From IMG/VR virus record IMGVR_UViG_3300010883_027240, positions 6,843-70,842 of that record: DNA of 64,000 nucleotides. One strand, 5' to 3'. The position numbers and the translations under genes are program-made. The notes under the pieces are model-generated. The model saw only the letters and a list, made by a program, of their open reading frames with translations. It was not told where the DNA came from and did no database searches. Source of the stretch: a virus. This document shows, one piece after another, positions 9,370-17,264 of the stretch (position 1 is the stretch's first letter; each line of letters starts with the position of its first letter).

Positions 9370-9957
9370 ATGGAAATTGATTTTGAAGACATAGAAACAA
9401 AATGCAAAGAAGCGTCAGCAACAGACGAATATGAAATTTTAGTTAATAAAGTAAACAAAGCAAAGCGAATATTCTTAATAGGGAATGGAGGTCTTCATTT
9501 TGTTGCTAGTCATATGGCGACAGACTTATCTAGACTGATACCTGACAAAGTTGTATACTCATTTGATAGTGTAGGATTTATCACATCAAATTCAAACGAT
9601 CACGGGTTCGAGCAAGTTTTTGTAAGATGGTTAGCGACAGTTGCTGAAATTGAAGATCCCAGTGAATGTTTAGTAGTGGGCCTTTCATGCTCAGGAAACT
9701 CTTCAAATGTTATTAATGCACTACACTGGGCTGATAGTAAAAAGATGTCAACATTTTTAATAAGCGGGGAGGAGTCTGAAAATTTAAAGAAAGAAATTGA
9801 TGAATTGCCAATAAGGTGCAAATATTTTCACACAGTTGAAGTATCAATTTTGATGATTTTTTATGATCTTATTCACAGAACAGGCAATCACTGCCCAGCA
9901 ATTAGAGACGAAAAAGATAGATTATCTGGCTCTCCCCTTCGTAGTCTCAAGGTCTAG
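9370..9957 (+). CDS. SIS-domain sugar-phosphate isomerase, GmhA-like
   Basis: IFLIGNGG...SH, NDHGFEQVF and GLSCSGNSSNV match phosphoheptose isomerase motifs. Confidence 0.85.
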   Translation: MEIDFEDIETKCKEASATDEYEILVNKVNKAKRIFLIGNGGLHFVASHMATDLSRLIPDKVVYSFDSVGFITSNSNDHGFEQVFVRWLATVAEIEDPSECLVVGLSCSGNSSNVINALHWADSKKMSTFLISGEESENLKKEIDELPIRCKYFHTVEVSILMIFYDLIHRTGNHCPAIRDEKDRLSGSPLRSLKV

Positions 9958-9959
9958 AA

Positions 9960-10742
9960 ATGAAAAATTTAGATTTTAATAAGATAATGATTGTTAATTT
10001 TGCTGTTGAAGAACGGACAGTAGAATTAAGTAATTATTGTTTTGAAAGACTGGGTTTTAAGAATGTCATTACTTTGCAAGGTACTGATGGCTTTCGTGAT
10101 AAATTTTTAAATTTTGCTAAAATTGCTGTTGAGAGTGATTGTGATTGTTTTATAAGAACTGATGCTGACAGGCTTGTTTTTGACGGGATATTTGACTTAA
10201 TTCTAAAATATTATCAGAATAATGATGCTATGTGTGTAGAAGGACTTTGTTTTGACTACTTTATGAACAAGTTGAGAGGGGCGACACCGCATGTTTTTTC
10301 TAGAAGCATACTAGAAATGCTAGATAATGATAATGAATTGATGCCAAATAGTCAAAAACCTGAATCACACTTTGTTGCAAAAGTAGCCCCGACAGATAGT
10401 AAAAAGTTTCTCAGTGTAAAAACTTTAACAAATCTTCATGAGTATGAACAGTATCCTAGCAAAGTATGTAATGCCTACTTAAACAGAATTTACAGAGGTC
10501 ATAAAGGATACTATGATGAGTCACACTTGAAATCTCTGCCTGAAGTATATCAAAATGCGATAAATCAGGCAAAGTATTTTGCTCTTAAACATGAAAGCAA
10601 AAATACAATGGATCATATTGACTTTAAGTTTTTAGACGAAGGATTTCATAAAATTTCAAGTGATCAAATAGAATCACTTTATGAACATTATTTAAACCTT
10701 TATAAGCATATCAATAAAGGTTTAGAAAACAAGAAAGGATAG
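9960..10742 (+). CDS. Putative GT-A fold glycosyltransferase
   Basis: DxD motif FIRTDADRLV after a hydrophobic strand; cluster context. Confidence 0.5.
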   Translation: MKNLDFNKIMIVNFAVEERTVELSNYCFERLGFKNVITLQGTDGFRDKFLNFAKIAVESDCDCFIRTDADRLVFDGIFDLILKYYQNNDAMCVEGLCFDYFMNKLRGATPHVFSRSILEMLDNDNELMPNSQKPESHFVAKVAPTDSKKFLSVKTLTNLHEYEQYPSKVCNAYLNRIYRGHKGYYDESHLKSLPEVYQNAINQAKYFALKHESKNTMDHIDFKFLDEGFHKISSDQIESLYEHYLNLYKHINKGLENKKG

Positions 10743-10747
10743 TTAAG

Positions 10748-11596
10748 ATGAAATTAGGAATAGTAGGAAACGGGTTTGTAGGCTCTGCAATACTTCATGG
10801 GTTCATACTTCACGTCGACGACGTAATAATATATGACAGCAATCCAAAGAGATCAACACACTCTTTAGAAGATCTGGCAAATGAAGCTGATGTAATTTTT
10901 ATTTGTGTTCCGACACCAATGTTTGAGTCTGGAGAATGCGATTTATCAATTGTTAAAAATGTTACGAGTGAACTAACGAAATATGAAAATGCAAAAAATA
11001 AAGTTATTGTTATAAAATCAACAGTAGTACCTGGAACAGTTGAATCAATTGCAAAAGAATATCCAGATATGAACTTTGTATTCAATCCAGAGTTTTTAAC
11101 AGAAAGAAAAGCACGTCTAGACTTTATCAATACTTCAAGAATTGTTCTAGGCAGTAATAAACCAGAAGCTCTGCAAGTTGTAGAAGCTTTGTATAGACTA
11201 AGATTCCCGTATACAAAGATCATCAAAACAGACTTTGGAACAGCACAGCTAATAAAATATATGGCCAATTGCTTCTTCGCCACAAAAGTTTCTTTTATGA
11301 ACGAGATGTATCAAGTATGTGAAGCGATAAACGGAGACTGGAACACAGCTGTTGAGGGACTAATTACAGATGGAAGGATAGGAAATTCTCACATTGATGT
11401 TCCAGGTCACGATGGTGATTTTGGTTTCGGTGGTAAATGCTTTCCAAAAGACTTAAACGCAATGATTAAGAAGGCCGAATCATTAGGGGTCAAGCCTGTT
11501 GTTATGAAAGGTGCATGGAAAAAGAACGAAGAAGTTAGAAAAGACTTAGACTGGTTTGATATACCCGGCGCCGTGTCAAAACAAGATGAAAGCTAA
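10748..11596 (+). CDS. UDP-glucose/GDP-mannose dehydrogenase family protein (short form lacking the C-terminal domain)
   Basis: GIVGNGFVG, ICVPTP, IKSTVVPG, FNPEFL, KYMAN and GFGGKCFPKD. Confidence 0.93.
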   Translation: MKLGIVGNGFVGSAILHGFILHVDDVIIYDSNPKRSTHSLEDLANEADVIFICVPTPMFESGECDLSIVKNVTSELTKYENAKNKVIVIKSTVVPGTVESIAKEYPDMNFVFNPEFLTERKARLDFINTSRIVLGSNKPEALQVVEALYRLRFPYTKIIKTDFGTAQLIKYMANCFFATKVSFMNEMYQVCEAINGDWNTAVEGLITDGRIGNSHIDVPGHDGDFGFGGKCFPKDLNAMIKKAESLGVKPVVMKGAWKKNEEVRKDLDWFDIPGAVSKQDES

Positions 11597-11616
11597 AATT
11601 AGGAGCGGAAAGTAGG

Positions 11617-12510
11617 ATGATAGCATTAGTAACAGGAGGGTGCGGATTTATAGGAAGTCACGTTGTTGACAAACTTGTCGAACTAGGTCATGAAGTAAGA
11701 GTTATTGATGATTTATCAGCAAACGAAAATGAAAAATTTTATTTTAATGAAAAAGCCACATATTACAAAAAAGACATAGCTAAAGACGATTGCTCAGACT
11801 GCTTTATTAATGTTGAATGTGTTTTTCATTTAGCAGCAAGAAGTAGAATACAACCTACAATAAAAGAACCAAGTGAATGTTTTGAAGTTAACGTAGTTGG
11901 TACGCAGAGGGTGCTAGAATGGTCTCGGTTGAACTCTGCAAAGAGAGTAGTATATTCTAGCACGTCTTCGCTGTATGGCCAACAGAATACAATCCCATTC
12001 CAACCAAATATGCCAACAGATTGCTTAAATCCATATTCAATGTCAAAATGGATGGGAGAGCAAGTATGTAAACTCTATAATCAGATGTATAATCTTCCAT
12101 GCATAGTACTAAGATACTTTAATGTTTTTGGTCCTAGAGAACCAGTTAGAGGCGTCTATGCTCCAGTAATAGGCCTATTTAAAAGACAGCATGCTGCAGG
12201 CAAAGAAATGACAATTGTGGGAGACGGCCTACAACGTCGAGATTTTACATTCATAGATGATGTAGTGAGTGCAAATATTTGTGCAATGAATGCTGATGCA
12301 AAGCTTATCCCATACAACATTTATAATATTGGTACAGGAAAAAACTATTCGATAATTGAAGTTGCAGAAATGATAGGGGACAAACTTAAGCTTATTGAAA
12401 AAAGACCTGCTGAAGTTCGTGAAACATTAGCAGACATCAAAACAACATTGAAAGACTTGAACTGGCGCCCCTCTTCTAGTTCGCTAGAATATTTTATAAA
12501 TTCTTATTAG
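11617..12510 (+). CDS. NAD-dependent epimerase/dehydratase (extended SDR)
   Basis: VTGGCGFIGSH, FHLAA, YSMSK (YxxxK), LRYFNVFGP and RDFTFIDDVV. Confidence 0.95.
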   Translation: MIALVTGGCGFIGSHVVDKLVELGHEVRVIDDLSANENEKFYFNEKATYYKKDIAKDDCSDCFINVECVFHLAARSRIQPTIKEPSECFEVNVVGTQRVLEWSRLNSAKRVVYSSTSSLYGQQNTIPFQPNMPTDCLNPYSMSKWMGEQVCKLYNQMYNLPCIVLRYFNVFGPREPVRGVYAPVIGLFKRQHAAGKEMTIVGDGLQRRDFTFIDDVVSANICAMNADAKLIPYNIYNIGTGKNYSIIEVAEMIGDKLKLIEKRPAEVRETLADIKTTLKDLNWRPSSSSLEYFINSY

Positions 12511-12558
12511 ATTTTAAAAAAAATACTATTTTGTAGTAAGATTTAAAGAGGACTAAAA

Positions 12559-13395
12559 ATGAAAGATTTTCCAACTGGCAAAAAGCATGTTTCTTTTTCT
12601 GAGATAAAAGAATGGGCAGAATGCTCATGGCGACACAAGCTAGCAAAAATAGACAAAATTGATATGTTTGAGCCATCACCATATCTTGGTTTTGGAACTG
12701 CAGTACATGAGGGCTGCGAAAATATGTTAGAAGGAAAAGATCTAAATAAAGATAAGTTACTAAATGATATCAGGAATGATTTTAAAAAGCACGGATTTGA
12801 TGATCCTGAATGGGTTGCAAAACAACCCGGGTGGTATAAAAAATCATCTAATGTCGGCGTAGAGAAATGGTGTGAATGGGCCGAGAATATGTGGGCCGAA
12901 GTCCCCAGCTATCTTGATAAAGAGTTTCCGGGATGGGAAACAGTAAAGGCAGAAGAATATCTTTATGAAGAGATCGAAGGTAAACCTGTAAAATTTAAAG
13001 GATTTGTTGATGCTATTATTAAGGTTCCAAAAAAACGAGGCGAGGGATACAGTTACTGGATTCTTGACTGGAAGACAGCAGGAGCGTACGGCTGGCGAAG
13101 AGATAAAAAACAAGATTTCAAACTTCAGGCTCAGCTAGTTCTGTATAAATATTTTTATTCAAAGAAATATAGCATTGAGCTTAAAGATATTCGCTGTGCT
13201 TTTATTCTTCTTAAACGTGGTGGAAAGATTGGTAATATTGTTGATATTGTCCCAGTTTCTGTCGGACCCAAGACACTAGAAAAGGGCATAAAACTAATGA
13301 ATAATATGATAACATCTGTTTCTAATGGAATGTTTTTAAAAAATAGAAATTCTTGTAAGTTTTGCACGTATCAAGACACTGAGTACTGCACATAA
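12559..13395 (+). CDS. PD-(D/E)XK nuclease, RecB/Cas4-like with Fe-S cysteines
   Basis: SFSE...C, FGTAVH, GFVD...DWKT, QLVLY and C-terminal CKFC.....C. Confidence 0.88.
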   Translation: MKDFPTGKKHVSFSEIKEWAECSWRHKLAKIDKIDMFEPSPYLGFGTAVHEGCENMLEGKDLNKDKLLNDIRNDFKKHGFDDPEWVAKQPGWYKKSSNVGVEKWCEWAENMWAEVPSYLDKEFPGWETVKAEEYLYEEIEGKPVKFKGFVDAIIKVPKKRGEGYSYWILDWKTAGAYGWRRDKKQDFKLQAQLVLYKYFYSKKYSIELKDIRCAFILLKRGGKIGNIVDIVPVSVGPKTLEKGIKLMNNMITSVSNGMFLKNRNSCKFCTYQDTEYCT

Positions 13396-13452
13396 TAATT
13401 CAATTTTAAATTATTTTTTACATGTATATAATACGTTTCTAGGAGCAAATTC

Positions 13453-14715
13453 ATGACTGAAGACGGAAAGTTTAAAGTTTTAGTTTTGTCAGACCACGCA
13501 CTTTCAACTAGTGGTGTTGGAACACAAACTAGACATTTAATAGAAGGGCTTTTGGCTAAAGGCAGCTGGTCATTTAGACAGTTTGGTGCAGCATTAAAGC
13601 ACAATGATTATAACACTATTGTTGTAAATAGTGATTTTATAATCAAGCCTATCGATGGTTTTGGAGACGAAAATCTTATTAGACAAACTTTGATTTCTGA
13701 AAAACCTGACGTGCTTTTTATCTTTACAGACCCAAGATTTTTTACATGGCTTTTTAAAATAGAAGATGAAATTCATCAAGTTTGTCCTATAGTATGGTGG
13801 CATGTTTGGGATAATTACCCATATCCTAAATTTAATAATAACTTCTATCAATCGACTGATACAATTAATTGCCACTCTCATATGACTTATACTATGATTA
13901 ATGAAGAAGGCACACATTCTGACAAGGTTAATTTTATTCCACATGCAATCCCAGATAACCACTACTTTAGAATGACAGAAGAAGCAAGGGCAAGTAATAA
14001 AGCAGTACTATTAGGTAAAGATAAAAAAGATAACTTTGTAGCCATTTGGGTAAATAGAAATGCTAAAAGAAAACGCCCAGCAGATGTCCTTCTATCTTGG
14101 AAAATGTTCTTAGATAAGCTTTATGAAAAAGAAGGTCATAGAAATGCAACTTTAGTCATGCATACAGAGCCTCTAGATCAAGAAGGTCCAAACTTATTTG
14201 CAGTGGCAGAAAACTTAAACTTGGGAGACAGTGTATTTTTCTCTAGAGATAGAGTTGACTTTGATCAAATGAACACACTTTATAATATAAGTGATTTTTG
14301 TTATAGTTTGTCATATGCTGAAGGGTTTGGGCTTTCAACTTTGGAATCAATGATGACAGGTACACCGATAATAGCACCCTGTACGGGTGGTTTAACAAGG
14401 CAGGTAGTCGATCATAGAGATGGGTCACATAATGGTGTTGCACTTCCTATAGAATGCAAAACTTTAGTAGGCAGTCAGTCTGTTCCTTATATATATGAAG
14501 ATTATGTATCCAACGAAACGGCATCATCAGCCATACTTGATTTTTATGAAAAATCTAAAGTCAAAGAGTTTAAGGAAGAATTAAGTAAAAAAGTGCTTAG
14601 CTACGTAGCAGAAGAATTTTCATATCAAAAAACAATAGATTTGTGGCATGAAAGTATGCTTTCTTCTATAGAAGCATTTAAGACAAGAAAAAATTGGGAC
14701 AATATTAGTCTTTGA
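13453..14715 (+). CDS. Glycosyltransferase family 4
   Basis: SGVGTQ, NRNAKRK and SYAEGFGLSTLESMMTGTP. Confidence 0.92.
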   Translation: MTEDGKFKVLVLSDHALSTSGVGTQTRHLIEGLLAKGSWSFRQFGAALKHNDYNTIVVNSDFIIKPIDGFGDENLIRQTLISEKPDVLFIFTDPRFFTWLFKIEDEIHQVCPIVWWHVWDNYPYPKFNNNFYQSTDTINCHSHMTYTMINEEGTHSDKVNFIPHAIPDNHYFRMTEEARASNKAVLLGKDKKDNFVAIWVNRNAKRKRPADVLLSWKMFLDKLYEKEGHRNATLVMHTEPLDQEGPNLFAVAENLNLGDSVFFSRDRVDFDQMNTLYNISDFCYSLSYAEGFGLSTLESMMTGTPIIAPCTGGLTRQVVDHRDGSHNGVALPIECKTLVGSQSVPYIYEDYVSNETASSAILDFYEKSKVKEFKEELSKKVLSYVAEEFSYQKTIDLWHESMLSSIEAFKTRKNWDNISL

Positions 14716-14722
14716 GGTTTAA

Positions 14723-15901
14723 ATGAAAAAAGTTTTATTAAGAGCACCATTACTAACAAATAGTGGTTATGGAGTGCATTCTAGACAGATATACATGTGG
14801 CTTGAAGAAAAAGAAGACATAGAACTATATGTTGAATGTCTTCATTGGGGTTTAACGTCATGGGTAGTTAATACTGAAACAGAAGAAGGGCTATTTGGCA
14901 GAATAGTATCACGATCACTTTCAGACCTGTCAACGATAGACTTTGATTTATCATTCCAAGTTCAACTTCCAGATGAGTGGGATAGTAAAATAGCTAAGAA
15001 GAATGTTGGTGTTACGGCGCTTGTTGAGACAGACATATGTAATCTTGAGTGGATTAAAAAAATAAATGAGATGGATCATATTATAGTTCCATCTACGTTT
15101 ACAAAAAATGTAATCAAAGATACAGCAAAATTTATTAGTGCAAAAACTCCAATATCAGTTGTTCCAGAATGGTTTAATCAAGCTTTGCTAAATAAGCAAG
15201 AGCTTGAATCTTGTTACGATAGTAGATATAATTTTACTACACAGAAAAACTTACTGCTTGTTGGGACTTTAACATCTCAAAACGTCGAAGATGATAGAAA
15301 GAATTTGGTCAATACAATTGCTTGGACCCTTGAAGCATTCAAGGACAATCCAGACGTTGGAATTATTGCAAAGGTTTGTGTTGGAAAATCAACTTCAGAA
15401 GACAGAAGTATTACTTTAGACTTTTTTAATAAAATAATTAATACTTTTAGACAAGGACCCTTTCCAAGAGTACACTTAATCCACGGGCACATGACTGACA
15501 AAGAGATTGCCGCACTCTTTGCTCACAAGTCTATAGTTGGTTACATTTCAGCAACAAGAGGCGAAGGGTATGGTCTACCTCTTGTTGATGCAGCAGCAGC
15601 AGGAGTGCCTGTTGTGGCAACAAACTGGTCAGGTCACTTAGACTTTTTAGATAAGAAATTTATAAAAGTTGATTATGACTTAGTTAAAATAAGCGATTCT
15701 CGAGTAGACGGGAGAATATTTGTTACAAATGCACAATGGGCAGAGCCAAGAAAAGAAAGCTTCCAAGAAGGTATATTAAAACTTTTAAAAGGCAGAGAAA
15801 ATTGTTTAAAAAAATCTGCAGAATTAAAAAAGAAGGTTAGAAAGAAGTTTTCTAAAAAATCAATAACACAACTTTACGATAAAGTATTACAAGAGGTATA
15901 A
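14723..15901 (+). CDS. Glycosyltransferase family 4
   Basis: SGYGVHSR, VPSTF, DRKN and TRGEGYGLPLVDAAAAGVPVVATNWSGHLDF. Confidence 0.92.
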   Translation: MKKVLLRAPLLTNSGYGVHSRQIYMWLEEKEDIELYVECLHWGLTSWVVNTETEEGLFGRIVSRSLSDLSTIDFDLSFQVQLPDEWDSKIAKKNVGVTALVETDICNLEWIKKINEMDHIIVPSTFTKNVIKDTAKFISAKTPISVVPEWFNQALLNKQELESCYDSRYNFTTQKNLLLVGTLTSQNVEDDRKNLVNTIAWTLEAFKDNPDVGIIAKVCVGKSTSEDRSITLDFFNKIINTFRQGPFPRVHLIHGHMTDKEIAALFAHKSIVGYISATRGEGYGLPLVDAAAAGVPVVATNWSGHLDFLDKKFIKVDYDLVKISDSRVDGRIFVTNAQWAEPRKESFQEGILKLLKGRENCLKKSAELKKKVRKKFSKKSITQLYDKVLQEV

Positions 15902-15903
15902 AA

Positions 15904-16215
15904 ATGGGTTTATCAGAAATACTTATTCTTTGTATAATAGTCTTGTTTGCGTTTTGTTCAGTTGTGACATGGAAATTAATTAAGTTTTCACTACTTCTAC
16001 TTGAAGTTGAGGAAGCCATTGACGAGTGCGTTGAATTGTTAGATACAAAATACAGAACTATGGGAGCAGTATTAGAAACTCCTGTTTTTTTTGACTCTAT
16101 TGAAGTAAGAAAAGTAATTTCTGATATTAAAGATTGTCAAAATGCTGTTGTTGTAGTTGCTAACAAACTTACAAGAGACATAGGGTTGAAGGGTGAAGTT
16201 GCAGAAAAAAATTAA
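15904..16215 (+). CDS. Small membrane-anchored hypothetical protein
   Basis: N-terminal hydrophobic helix ILILCIIVLFAFCSVVTW followed by a helical region; GAGG RBS upstream. Confidence 0.7.
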   Translation: MGLSEILILCIIVLFAFCSVVTWKLIKFSLLLLEVEEAIDECVELLDTKYRTMGAVLETPVFFDSIEVRKVISDIKDCQNAVVVVANKLTRDIGLKGEVAEKN

Positions 16216-16921
16216 GAAGAAAATTATAAAAAAAGAACCTTACTTTGGTAAGGCTGCTCACAAAGCGATAGTTGAGTATCAATTGTCAAATTGTATAAAA
16301 GAAAAGCATCTAATTTATGACAATACAATAAAAAGATCATTTGAAAAGCTTGCTGAAAATCTTATTTACATTTATCGCTTTTCAAGAGATCCAGAACATT
16401 TTAAAGTATTAAAGTTAGATTGTGTGTCTTTTTTATATGAGACATTGGAAAAATTTGATGCTGAAAGAGGCTCAAAAGCATTCTCTTACTTTAATGTTTG
16501 TGCTAAGAATCATTTATTGATGAAAAGCAAAAAGACAACAAAGCGAAAAATAAGAAATGTTTCTTTAGAAGATATTTCTCAATTAAATAGCGTTGAAAAA
16601 GATATGGTCGAAAAATATAAAATGATTCCGGCCCAAGATTCAATTCTAATAAGAGAAGAAGATAAAGAGCTGCTTAAGGAAATTTTAGGAAAGATAAAGG
16701 TTAGGGTTAATAATGAAAATGAAAAATTATGCATAAATTCTGTCATTACTCTTTTTGAAAATATTGATGATTTAGACTTTTTAAACAAAAGAGCAATTTT
16801 TGTTTATTTGAGAGAGATTTCAGGGCTTAATCCAAAACAATTAAGTGTTTCACTGTCTAGTATAAGAAAACATTATCGCGATATAGTTAAGTCTGACGAT
16901 ATGTTTTTGCTATTTGGGTAA
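16193..16921 (+). CDS. Putative late-transcription sigma factor (T4 gp55-like)
   Basis: KLAENLI...KFD.ERGSKAFSYFNVCAKNHL resembles the sigma region 2 / gp55 FAYF motif; lies at the head of the structural module. Confidence 0.65.
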   Translation: MKLQKKIKKKIIKKEPYFGKAAHKAIVEYQLSNCIKEKHLIYDNTIKRSFEKLAENLIYIYRFSRDPEHFKVLKLDCVSFLYETLEKFDAERGSKAFSYFNVCAKNHLLMKSKKTTKRKIRNVSLEDISQLNSVEKDMVEKYKMIPAQDSILIREEDKELLKEILGKIKVRVNNENEKLCINSVITLFENIDDLDFLNKRAIFVYLREISGLNPKQLSVSLSSIRKHYRDIVKSDDMFLLFG

Positions 16922-16925
16922 TTTT

Positions 16926-17264
16926 ATGACTAAAAAAAAGACTTCTGAAGAGAAAATAAAAGATTTTGCAGACCTGTTAGACTCTCTAGAGACCACAAAA
17001 GATAAAAAGAAATTGCTTTGGAAAGAAGCTTATAGAAATGCAATTGATGATAGAGTTAGTGCTTCTATTCTTGTAGATGATTTACTTTTACAAATTCAAG
17101 GAAACTTAACAAATCATCAAACATATGGAACAATAGTCTCGAAGTACCTTGAAAGAATGGCAAAATCAAATGACCAGGTACTGAAGCTCGCAGAGCTTGT
17201 TTCAAAAGAGCAAGAAGATGAAACCATATCATCTGATGATATTTTTAGTGAGATAAATTCATGA
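16926..17264 (+). CDS. Hypothetical helical phage protein
   Basis: ORF between the sigma-like gene and the baseplate hub gene; the ATG at 16926 is preferred to the TTG at 16914. Confidence 0.65.
   Translation: MTKKKTSEEKIKDFADLLDSLETTKDKKKLLWKEAYRNAIDDRVSASILVDDLLLQIQGNLTNHQTYGTIVSKYLERMAKSNDQVLKLAELVSKEQEDETISSDDIFSEINS

Noticed and set aside
12559-13395. Cas4 as part of a CRISPR-Cas system
   Set aside because: No repeat-spacer array or other cas gene is seen; solo Cas4-like nucleases are common in phages.
1-15901. Bacterial chromosomal LPS/capsule locus or chimeric contig
   Set aside because: Strand, packing and codon style continue seamlessly into the phage structural genes; the GCCGGC signature occurs in both parts; no housekeeping or export genes are present.
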